Under the pieces are notes generated by a model that had not been told where the DNA came from, did not search any database, and worked only from the letters and a program-made list of their open reading frames with translations. A program made the translations under genes and the position numbers. A stretch of 53,196 nucleotides of DNA. Source: an uncultured Bacilli bacterium. Lineage in GTDB: Bacteria; Bacillota_I; Bacilli_A; RF39; UBA660. This document shows positions 1 through 8,144 of this stretch, one piece after another. The stretch's first letter is position 1. Every line of letters starts with the position of its first letter. The DNA lies in assembly GCA_947627975.1 (NCBI GenBank), contig CANQYB010000004.1:1-53196 (forward strand), read 5' to 3'.

Positions 1-143
1 GATAATGTTCCTGTTTTAGTTACTACATTTTCTGCATTTGTATTTCCACTTATTGTTGCACTAAAGTAGGCATAAGATGAACCAATTATTAAAATACTTA
101 TTAGACACATTGTAATTATTAGTATTATATATTTTTTCTTCAT
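1..143 (-). CDS. Partial CDS (N-terminus only, runs off the left edge): secreted protein with a SipW-dependent (TasA/camelysin-class) type signal peptide
   Basis: Not in the ORF track. My translation from the ATG at 143 is MKKKYIILIITMCLISILIIGSSYAYFSATISGNTNAENVVTKTGTLS. It has a K-rich n-region, a hydrophobic core, then YAYFSA followed by a ..N...TGTL pattern typical of SipW-cognate signal peptides. An AGAAGGT SD lies upstream. Confidence 0.45.
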   Translation of the reverse strand, partial: MKKKYIILIITMCLISILIIGSSYAYFSATISGNTNAENVVTKTGTL

Positions 144-166
144 TTTTTACCTTCTTATCTTTTTTT

Positions 167-195
167 ATTATATAATAGTATCTTTTTTTGGTCAA
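167..195 (-). promoter_or_regulatory. Sigma-A type promoter for the left-edge gene
   Basis: Minus strand reads TTGACC (190-195) - 17 nt - TATAAT (167-172), about 20 nt upstream of the SD. Confidence 0.45.
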
Positions 196-238
196 CATTT
201 CTTATTTTTGTAATAAAAAATAAAGTTTAATAAAAACT

Positions 239-2611
239 TTATTTATCTCTTAGCTTAGCACAACATTTTTCTTCAACATCTTTAATTATTTTATTAAATA
301 TTATCATTACTTCATCATCAGACAAAGTTCTTGTTTGATCGTTAAATGTAAGCGAATAAGCAATTGATTTTTCATCTGATGAAATATTTTCTCCAACATA
401 AACATCAAATACTTCTATTTTAGTAAGTAATCTTCCTCCTGATTTTTTAATTTGCATCATAATATCTTTTGACTTTATATCTTTTTTGACAATAAATGCT
501 AAATCTTTTTTTATTTCAGGATATTTTGAAGCTTCAACATATTTTATTGGTTTAATGTTTTTTATTAGCTTATTCATTGAAAGTTCCGCTACAAAAATAT
601 TTTCTTTTGCAATTTTAGGATGAATTCTTCCAATAATACCAATTTTTTCTTTATCTAAAATAATTTCTGCACTCATGCCTGGATGTAAATCATCTATATT
701 ACCAATTTCAAAAGAATATCTATTAGCAAGTCCTAAATAATTTAATAAATTTTCTACAATCCCTTTTATTAAGTAAAAATCTACAGTTATTTTATTATTT
801 TGCCATGTATTTGCAAGATAACTTCCTTTCATTAAAATAGCAATTTTAGTATCTTCATTATATTCTTCATCATAAGTCTTACTTATTTCATAAATAAATA
901 CATCATCGACTTTTCTAGTTTTATTATATTCAAAAACATTTAGTAAAGAAGGAATTAAAGTAGTTCGAATAACTGATTTATCAACACTCATCGGTTTATT
1001 TAAAATAATATTTTTCTTATCCTCATATTTAAATTTACTTGCCATTTCTGGTGATGTTAAAGTATATGTTTTACATTCATTTAAACCAAGAAATCTAAGT
1101 CTTTTAGAAACCATTTTTCTAAATTTAACATCACCTACATATTTACCTTTTCTCATTTCCGTTTTAGGTAATGTAGATTTTAGATTGAAATATCCATATA
1201 ATCTTCCAATTTCTTCTGCAATATCATTTATATTTGGATCAATATCTAATCTTCTATTTGGTATTTCTACTTCAAAAATATCATTATTAAAAGTAAATTT
1301 AAAATCTAATTTATTTAATTCTAATTTAATATCATCATTACTTATTTTAATTCCCAACATTTTATTTATTTCATCGGCTTTAAATTTTACCATTTTTTTA
1401 GTTTTATCAATATTATCAAAAGAAACAATATCAGATAAAATAGTAGCATCAGCATATTTTTCTAATAAATAACATGCACGATCAATAGCTTTTTTAGTAT
1501 ATTCATAATTTAAACCTTTACTGTATCTAATAGATGCTTCACTTTTTAAATTAAGTTTGGAAGATGTATATCTAATAGATGTAGCGTCAAAAATAGCACT
1601 TTCAATTAGTATATTTTTCGTATTTTCTGAAACTTCAGAATTTAACCCACCCATAACTCCAGCAATACATAAAGCTTCTTTGTCATTAGCAATTACAATA
1701 TCATCTTTTGATAAAATTCTTTCTTTTTCATCCAAAGTTTGAATTTTTTCATTTTCTAAAGCATCCCTTACAATTAAATGATCACCTATTTTATCTTTAT
1801 CATAAAAATGCATTGGTTGTCCATATTCAAGCATTACATAATTAGAAATATCAACAACATTATTAATTGGTCTCATCCCATAAGCCAATAATCTTTTTTT
1901 AATAAAATCAGGAGATTCTTTTATAGTTACATTTTTAACCATTTTAGCTAAAAAATATGGACATTTAGAAGTATTAACTTGTAATTTAAAATGATTTTTA
2001 ATTGAATCAGAAATTGCGTTATAGGAATCATCAGGTAATTTTACTTTTTTATTAATAATAGCTCCTATTTCATAGGCAAAACCAATATGATAGTAACAAT
2101 CATTATTTCGATGTTTGTGTATATCAAGCTCATATAAAGTATTATCTAACCCTAAATATTTTAATGGATCACTACCTATTATTGCATCTTCATTAAGTTC
2201 ACAAATTCCTTTAGCATAATTTTCTTCTGTATTTTCTTCTAGTCCTAACTCAAATAAAGCACATATCATGCCATTTGAATCTACTCCTCTTTTTTTGCTT
2301 TTTTTAATTTCAAAATTACCAGGAAGAACCGCTCCAATTTTAGCAACAATAACTTTTAAATCCTTTCTAACATTGGAAGCCCCACAAACTATTTGTAATA
2401 TTTCATTACCTACATCTACCATACATACTTTTAAGTGATCAGAATCAGGATGAGGAACACAATTTAAAACTTTACCAATAACTAAATTATCAATATGATT
2501 AGATATTACTTTTTCAATATTTATTCCCGCTTTAGTAATTTTTACAGCTAATTCTTTTAAATCTTCATCTTCAATATCAATATAATCTTTAACCCATTCT
2601 AAACTAATCAT
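239..2611 (-). CDS. pheT: Phenylalanine--tRNA ligase beta subunit
   Basis: 790-aa ORF with an N-terminal tRNA-binding OB domain pattern (GKVLNCVPHPDSDHLKVCMVDVG), B3/4-B5 core and an FDX-ACB-like C-terminus. It lies 5 nt downstream of pheS. Confidence 0.97.
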   Translation of the reverse strand: MISLEWVKDYIDIEDEDLKELAVKITKAGINIEKVISNHIDNLVIGKVLNCVPHPDSDHLKVCMVDVGNEILQIVCGASNVRKDLKVIVAKIGAVLPGNFEIKKSKKRGVDSNGMICALFELGLEENTEENYAKGICELNEDAIIGSDPLKYLGLDNTLYELDIHKHRNNDCYYHIGFAYEIGAIINKKVKLPDDSYNAISDSIKNHFKLQVNTSKCPYFLAKMVKNVTIKESPDFIKKRLLAYGMRPINNVVDISNYVMLEYGQPMHFYDKDKIGDHLIVRDALENEKIQTLDEKERILSKDDIVIANDKEALCIAGVMGGLNSEVSENTKNILIESAIFDATSIRYTSSKLNLKSEASIRYSKGLNYEYTKKAIDRACYLLEKYADATILSDIVSFDNIDKTKKMVKFKADEINKMLGIKISNDDIKLELNKLDFKFTFNNDIFEVEIPNRRLDIDPNINDIAEEIGRLYGYFNLKSTLPKTEMRKGKYVGDVKFRKMVSKRLRFLGLNECKTYTLTSPEMASKFKYEDKKNIILNKPMSVDKSVIRTTLIPSLLNVFEYNKTRKVDDVFIYEISKTYDEEYNEDTKIAILMKGSYLANTWQNNKITVDFYLIKGIVENLLNYLGLANRYSFEIGNIDDLHPGMSAEIILDKEKIGIIGRIHPKIAKENIFVAELSMNKLIKNIKPIKYVEASKYPEIKKDLAFIVKKDIKSKDIMMQIKKSGGRLLTKIEVFDVYVGENISSDEKSIAYSLTFNDQTRTLSDDEVMIIFNKIIKDVEEKCCAKLRDK

Positions 2612-2616
2612 ATATA

Positions 2617-3660
2617 TTATTCACTATCCTTTCTTGCAAATCTTTCAAGTTCTCTTAAATCAGTTGTATAAAATGTTCTAATATCATTAATTCCATATTT
2701 AAGCATAGCAAGTCTTTCTGCCCCAAAACCAAAAGCAAAGCCTGACCAAATTTTTGGATCATAACCACAATTTTTTAAAACGTTAGGATGAACTATTCCA
2801 GCTCCTGCAACTGTAATCCAGCCAGTATTTTTACAAATATTACATCCTTCTCCTTTACATTTAAAACAACTAATATCAACTTCAACAGATGGTTCAGTAA
2901 ATTGATAATAACTTGGTCTAAAACGAGTTATACAATCTTTACCAAATAATTTTTTTACTATTTCATCAATTGTACCTTTTAAATCAGATAAAGAGATATC
3001 TTTGTCAACTAGTAAACCTTCTATTTGCATAAATTGATGAGAATGCGTAGCATCATCATCATCTCTTCGATAAGTTTTACCTGGGCAAATCATTCTTATA
3101 GGATTTTTCCCTTCATTTTCAAGCATTACACGAGCCTGAACAGGAGATGTTTGACTACGCAAAAGTATTTCTTCATCTTTTATATAAAATGTATCTTGAG
3201 CATCTCTTGCTGGGTGTCCTTTAGGAATATTTAAAAGTTCAAAATTATATTTATCTTCTTCAATTTCAGGACCATCAACTACATCATATCCCATAGAAAT
3301 TAAAAGTTCTTCTATTTCTTCAATTATTCTTTCTAATATATTTGGTACGCCAATATTAATTTTTGTTGCTGGTAAAGTTATATCAATACTTTCGTTTTTT
3401 AATTTATTATTTAAAATTTCTTCATTAATTTTATTTTCCTTTTCCGTAATTAATACTGTTGCTTTCATCTTTAAATCATTTAATTTTTTACCAAATTCTT
3501 TTTTTTCATCTACAGACAAAGTTTTTATTATGGAAGATAAACTTCCAATTTTCCCCTTTTTACCTAAATATTCATTTTTTAAACTATTTATTTCGTTAAT
3601 ATTTTTTACATCAGCTATTTTTATTTCTAATTCACTTAAAATATTTTCTAAATTATCCAT
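2617..3660 (-). CDS. pheS: Phenylalanine--tRNA ligase alpha subunit
   Basis: 347 aa with class II aaRS motifs (FRPSYYQFTEPS, GFAFGFGAERLAML). An AAGGAGG SD is present, and the gene is preceded by a Phe T-box. Confidence 0.97.
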   Translation of the reverse strand: MDNLENILSELEIKIADVKNINEINSLKNEYLGKKGKIGSLSSIIKTLSVDEKKEFGKKLNDLKMKATVLITEKENKINEEILNNKLKNESIDITLPATKINIGVPNILERIIEEIEELLISMGYDVVDGPEIEEDKYNFELLNIPKGHPARDAQDTFYIKDEEILLRSQTSPVQARVMLENEGKNPIRMICPGKTYRRDDDDATHSHQFMQIEGLLVDKDISLSDLKGTIDEIVKKLFGKDCITRFRPSYYQFTEPSVEVDISCFKCKGEGCNICKNTGWITVAGAGIVHPNVLKNCGYDPKIWSGFAFGFGAERLAMLKYGINDIRTFYTTDLRELERFARKDSE

Positions 3661-3684
3661 TTTTTAATATTCCTCCTTAAATTT

Positions 3685-3900
3685 AAAAACTCACATCCGA
3701 CATAAGGACGTGAGCTACGTGGTACCACCTTAATTTTATGTATAAAATATACACCTTAATGACTATAACGCATCACCGTTATAAATTTTGTTTATAAAGC
3801 TCCTAAGACGAATTCATAAGATATTATTACCTATTTACACCAAACATAGACTCTCTTTAAATAAATCTCTTACTACTACTTCTTATTCATTGCTTTTTAT
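3685..3900 (-). promoter_or_regulatory. T-box riboswitch leader, Phe specifier (UUC)
   Basis: The minus strand has an AAAGAGAG stem-I element and GAA-UUC-G in the specifier context (UUC = 3810-3812). The T-box motif AAGGUGGUACCACGU is at 3717-3731. The terminator CUCACGUCC-N7-GGAUGUGAG (3690-3714) is followed by U5 and then the pheS SD. Confidence 0.9.
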
Positions 3901-3907
3901 ATAAAAT

Positions 3908-3937
3908 ATTATAACACAACTTAAATTTATTTGCCAA
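3908..3937 (-). promoter_or_regulatory. Promoter of the pheST leader (extended -10)
   Basis: TTGGCA (3932-3937) - 18 nt - TGT-TATAAT (3908-3913), abutting the stop codon of the upstream ORF. Confidence 0.5.
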
Positions 3938-3938
3938 T

Positions 3939-4856
3939 TTATTTTTTATTTAAAGCTTTTATCTTTTTATTAATATTATGATAATCTTGTACAACATTAT
4001 TAAAATTTTCGAAAATTTTATAGTAATTATTTTTAAAAATTTTAGTACTTCTAAATATTTCTTGATATTCGTTAAAAGTTATAGGAAAACCATGTTCAAA
4101 TATTATTTCAAATGGTAAATTTTGAAAATTAAAATGTAAAGATAAACACAAACTATATTTAAGAGTTTTTTCAAATGGTGAAATAATTTTATTTCCTTTT
4201 TTTTCATAACCTCTATAATAATCTAATGCCATATAACTTATTAATTTTTTTATATAATTATAATCTATTTCATCTTTGAAAAAATTATTATTATAAATAT
4301 TCATTAATTCTTTTAACGATTCTATATTAGCATTTCTTTCATAAAAAAAATTATCATGACAAGTGTCATATATTATATTTTTTATAAAAATTTTTATTAG
4401 TGATGAATCTTGAAGAACAAAACTTTTATATCGATAATATATAGTATTAATTTGACTATATTCTGATTTACTGTTAAATGCATATAAATTTTGTTTAACA
4501 TGTGAACATTCATGTAAATACGCAAATATTAAAAGAAAATTTTCAGTTATAAAATCACTTTTATTTTGTAAATGATGATTTTTATCATTATATTTTAAAT
4601 TTAAATTTTTTGTTAAATATTTACATTTTTTAAAAATCCATTTTTCAGTTAACTTATTATTTTCAAATATTGTATTTTCATAATTTGTTGCCATAGCAAA
4701 CTTCTCATTAGTTTTTTTTATAGAAATACAATTATCAAAATAATCATCATTATTAACAATTTCACTTATCTTATCTAAAAATTTTTGATCCCATTTTTTA
4801 ATACCATAAGAATCAATTAAATTCCTAATTTCATTTTTTGTTTCTTCATTTAACAT
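3939..4856 (-). CDS. Hypothetical cytoplasmic protein with a HExxH zincin-like motif
   Basis: The ORF-track start (4868) is a TTG. The ATG at 4856 follows a GGGGGAG SD. The sequence contains LHECSHVKQ (HExxH) and a downstream FFYERNAN that could supply a third ligand Glu. No signal peptide or TM segment. The family is not recognised. Confidence 0.6.
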   Translation of the reverse strand: MLNEETKNEIRNLIDSYGIKKWDQKFLDKISEIVNNDDYFDNCISIKKTNEKFAMATNYENTIFENNKLTEKWIFKKCKYLTKNLNLKYNDKNHHLQNKSDFITENFLLIFAYLHECSHVKQNLYAFNSKSEYSQINTIYYRYKSFVLQDSSLIKIFIKNIIYDTCHDNFFYERNANIESLKELMNIYNNNFFKDEIDYNYIKKLISYMALDYYRGYEKKGNKIISPFEKTLKYSLCLSLHFNFQNLPFEIIFEHGFPITFNEYQEIFRSTKIFKNNYYKIFENFNNVVQDYHNINKKIKALNKK

Positions 4857-4895
4857 TTTCTCCCCCAAAAAAATATTGACAAAACCAAAGAAAAT

Positions 4896-5117
4896 TTAAT
4901 TTATTTTCTTTTTAATTTTTTCAATTGAATTTAATATTTCTTCTTTAGAATTATAATATTCATCACGAATAGATAAAATTTTTCCTTTATAAATTGATGT
5001 GTCTAATCCTTTTTTTAATCTACTATATGCACTATAAATGTATTTCATTTGATCTGCACTAAACTCTGGCCTAGCATAAATTGATACATCTAATTTTTCT
5101 TTTAAGCCATTTTTCAT
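4896..5117 (-). CDS. Small hypothetical protein (73 aa) with an internal LD(V/T)SIY repeat
   Basis: The ORF has two copies of a short motif: KLDVSIYARPEFSADQMKYI and GLDTSIYKGK. It lies 27 nt upstream of the HExxH ORF on the same strand. Confidence 0.5.
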   Translation of the reverse strand: MKNGLKEKLDVSIYARPEFSADQMKYIYSAYSRLKKGLDTSIYKGKILSIRDEYYNSKEEILNSIEKIKKKIN

Positions 5118-5173
5118 TCAAAAGCTCCCAAAATTAGTACAATCATCAAAAAATATTTATTTCTTAAATAGTT

Positions 5174-5202
5174 ATATTAATATAATATTATTTTTTTGTC
5201 AA
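5174..5202 (-). promoter_or_regulatory. Candidate promoter of the 73-aa/HExxH unit
   Basis: TTGACA (5197-5202) - 17 nt - TAATAT (5174-5179) on the minus strand. Confidence 0.4.
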
Positions 5203-5276
5203 ATAAAATTATATTAAAGAATAAATAATCAAATTTTATTTTACTGTGTAATTAAATATAAAAAAACACTAAGTTT

Positions 5277-5924
5277 TTATATATCTAATTCTGATATTTT
5301 GCCAATACTTGAATATTTTAAATTATATTTTATATTATCATATAAAATATCAATTTCTTTAATAACATCTTCTGATGCCAATAATGATATTTCAATGTTT
5401 TTGTCTTCATGTGTAAATTCATATGAATACTCTTTTAATTTTTTCTTTTGATTTATCAAAGTAGATTTATCTTTAATAAGATTTAAGATAAATTCACTAT
5501 CCATCATATTAATATTAAAACCATCGTATAAATTATTTGTTTCTATTTTTTCACCCATTTTTATTTGATAATAAGTAACATCATTAACATAATATTTTAT
5601 TGTTTCTATTTCATTTTCTTTAGTACCAACTTCTTCTTTTTTTAATCTTTCTCCACTATAAACTGTTTTTTTTGTATCTTTAGTTATTGTATATGTATAT
5701 TTATAGTTATTTTTAAGTAAATCATCTTTCATTTCTTGAATTGTTGGAGTGACATCTTCCACAATTTTTGTATCTTTTATAATTTTATTCATAGAAGATG
5801 TAACATTAACAAATATTATAACTAAAATGATAAATACTAAATATATAGATAATTTTATAACTGCTTTTCCTCTTTCAGTTGACCATAGTTTTTTTATAAA
5901 ATTTTTTTTATTTTTTTTGTCCAT
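5277..5924 (-). CDS. Membrane-anchored hypothetical protein (215 aa)
   Basis: It has a K-rich N-terminus, one TM segment (AVIKLSIYLVFIILVIIFVNV) and an extracytoplasmic remainder. Its start overlaps the fmt stop (TAATG). Confidence 0.6.
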   Translation of the reverse strand: MDKKNKKNFIKKLWSTERGKAVIKLSIYLVFIILVIIFVNVTSSMNKIIKDTKIVEDVTPTIQEMKDDLLKNNYKYTYTITKDTKKTVYSGERLKKEEVGTKENEIETIKYYVNDVTYYQIKMGEKIETNNLYDGFNINMMDSEFILNLIKDKSTLINQKKKLKEYSYEFTHEDKNIEISLLASEDVIKEIDILYDNIKYNLKYSSIGKISELDI

Positions 5925-6853
5925 TATTTTACCTCTATTCCTATTAAAGATGACTTAATCCCATTTAAATAATCTTTAACATCCATTTCTCTTTTACCAA
6001 ATGGCTTTAATCTAGTAATTTGTATTACTCCATCTAAACAATTAATATTAATACTATTTTTAGATACACTATCTATTATTCCAATTTTATTGATTTTTTT
6101 ATGAATATAATTACATTTACAAATTTTAATTTCTTCATTATTTAAAATGATATAAGCTTTTGGAAAAGGATACAATCCTCTAATTTGATTATAAATATCC
6201 ATGCATTTATTATTAAAGTTTAAATGTTCATCTTCTCTTTTAATAATTTTTGCATAAGTAGCAAATTCATTATCTTGTTTAATCCTAAAATTAGTATTAT
6301 TCATAATTTTAGGCAAAGTTTTAATTAGTAAATTTGCACCCATAATTGACAATTTATCATGAAGCATTCCAACATCCATATCTTTTGTTATTTCTATTTC
6401 TTCACTAGAAATAATATCTCCAGTGTCTAAACCTTCATCCATATACATTATTGTAACTCCCGTTTTTTCATAACCATTTATTATAGCTCGATGAATTGGA
6501 GCACCTCCTCTAAGTTCAGGTAACAAAGAAGCATGAACATTAATACATCCTAATTCTGGAAGATTTAAAATACTTTTTGGAACTAAATTACCATAAGCAC
6601 AAGTAACAATGATATCAAAATCCATTTCTTTTAAAGTATCATATATTTCTCCAAGTTTTTCTGGTTGAAATAATTTTATATTATTTAAGACTGCAATTTC
6701 TTTAACAGGAGAATATTTTATATTTTGATTTCTTCCTACTTTTTTATCTGGTTGAGTAACTACTGCTACTACATCACAGTTTTCAATTAAACTGTTTAAA
6801 ATATTTACACTAAATTCTGGAGTACCCATAAAAATAACTTTTAAATTTTTCAT
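5924..6853 (-). CDS. fmt: Methionyl-tRNA formyltransferase
   Basis: 309 aa with the FMGTPEFSV N-terminus and the formyltransferase core NVHASLLPELRGGAPI. Confidence 0.95.
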   Translation of the reverse strand: MKNLKVIFMGTPEFSVNILNSLIENCDVVAVVTQPDKKVGRNQNIKYSPVKEIAVLNNIKLFQPEKLGEIYDTLKEMDFDIIVTCAYGNLVPKSILNLPELGCINVHASLLPELRGGAPIHRAIINGYEKTGVTIMYMDEGLDTGDIISSEEIEITKDMDVGMLHDKLSIMGANLLIKTLPKIMNNTNFRIKQDNEFATYAKIIKREDEHLNFNNKCMDIYNQIRGLYPFPKAYIILNNEEIKICKCNYIHKKINKIGIIDSVSKNSININCLDGVIQITRLKPFGKREMDVKDYLNGIKSSLIGIEVK

Positions 6854-6861
6854 TTAATATC

Positions 6862-8109
6862 TCACTTTCTTTTATATGCCCAAACATTACCGCTCCATTG
6901 ATTACCATTTTGATTATACCAATAATCATAAACTGAATTATAAGCACTCTCAACAGATTGATATGTTTTGTTATTATATTGATTACCTGGATCTAATACA
7001 GTTACATTGCCATTTGTATCACCAACAAGAACAATAAAATGAAAAGGAACTAAGCAAATCAACATTTCCCCATTTTTTAATCTTTTTTTCATATTATTAA
7101 AAGTTGATGAGGAAGGCCTTCCAGTTGGTCCATTGACATCTTCTTCAAGAATTCCATAATTTTTTTGTAAAAGTTGAGAATTTTTATTAGAATTATCAAA
7201 AAAAGAAGTATCCATAGGCCCACCATGGTGACCATTATTACATACAAAATTCATAACATTATTAGGCGTTACGCTATCATCTTTTAAATTAGCAATTACC
7301 ATTGTCAATGAAAAAGCCCCACAAGCATATGTACAAGGATCTGATCCACAAAAAGCTTGTGTTCCTCTATAACTTGCATCACACTGATTATAATATGTAT
7401 AATTACCAACATTTGATTTTGTTTGACCAGTTGAAGAAGATTCATCACCACCACTATTAGATGGTAACCTTTCTAAAATTTTTAAATTACAAGATGCATT
7501 AATAGAATCATCATCTTTTAAAGTAGCAGTTATTTTGACATTTCCAGCTTTTTTAATCATTATATATCCATTAGAATTAATCGTTGCTCTAGATTCATCA
7601 CTTGATTTAAATATTATCCCAATATTAGTAGCATCAGAGGGATTATAACTTACACTAAAATGTTTTGATGTACCTTGATATAATTCTATAGAATTATCCT
7701 TACACTCGTTAATTTTAATGCTTTTAACATTTTTTTCACATTTTACTACATTAGATGTGTCACAATCTGAAAAAGGTTTAAATAAACAAGAAGCACAATC
7801 ACTAATTTTTTTAAAATTATCAATAGAATTAACTACTAAACTTAATATTGAAGATACAAAAAATATTAATATACCTGAAATAATTCTTAATAAAATAGTT
7901 ATAAATGTTTTTTTAAAACTTTCATCAGGATTTTGTGATGTTAAAGCTTTAAAAAGATCAACAGTAGCCATTATTATAATTATTAAAGGAATAATAATTT
8001 CTAAAAAAAATAACAAATAACCAATGTATCTAAATGTTTTTTTTACACCAATATCAGTACAAAATTCACCAATTCCACAATTTTGAGTGGTTTTTAAAAA
8101 ATTTATCAT
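6862..8109 (-). CDS. Membrane protein with two N-terminal TM segments, a Big_2-like Ig domain and a C-terminal C39-like (papain-fold) cysteine peptidase domain
   Basis: The ATG at 8109 is preceded by GGTGAT-N4; the ORF-track start is 8121. TM hairpin: IIPLIIIIMATVDLF..ILLRIISGILIFFV. The Big_2-like stretch is YQGTSKHFSVSYNPSDATN..FKSSDESRATINSNGYIMIKKAGNVKITAT. The C39_2-like pattern is YNQ...ACGAFSLTMV ... FHFIVLVGDTNGNVTVLDPG (Gln/Cys/His/Asp). Confidence 0.6.
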   Translation of the reverse strand: MINFLKTTQNCGIGEFCTDIGVKKTFRYIGYLLFFLEIIIPLIIIIMATVDLFKALTSQNPDESFKKTFITILLRIISGILIFFVSSILSLVVNSIDNFKKISDCASCLFKPFSDCDTSNVVKCEKNVKSIKINECKDNSIELYQGTSKHFSVSYNPSDATNIGIIFKSSDESRATINSNGYIMIKKAGNVKITATLKDDDSINASCNLKILERLPSNSGGDESSSTGQTKSNVGNYTYYNQCDASYRGTQAFCGSDPCTYACGAFSLTMVIANLKDDSVTPNNVMNFVCNNGHHGGPMDTSFFDNSNKNSQLLQKNYGILEEDVNGPTGRPSSSTFNNMKKRLKNGEMLICLVPFHFIVLVGDTNGNVTVLDPGNQYNNKTYQSVESAYNSVYDYWYNQNGNQWSGNVWAYKRK

Positions 8110-8144
8110 ACTAATCACCATATCTTTAATTATATCAAATATTA

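Noticed and set aside
1185-1472. Plus-strand ORFs in the track that lie antisense to long conserved minus-strand genes: 1185-1472, 1557-1742, 3025-3234, 5749-5958, 7718-8020, 12005-12211, 16062-16370, 18416-18679, 19928-20149, 21810-22022, 25195-25416, 25958-26269, 29824-30018, 31151-31339, 36303-36500, 40039-40242, 48338-48550, 52626-52814, 52811-53068. Also the minus-strand ORF 32940-33125, which is antisense to the plus-strand desulfurase gene.
   Set aside because: They are shadow ORFs. They are short, Leu/Ile/Phe/Ser-rich and low-complexity, as expected from the reverse complement of AT-rich coding sequence. They have no SD and are fully contained in genes with unambiguous homology.
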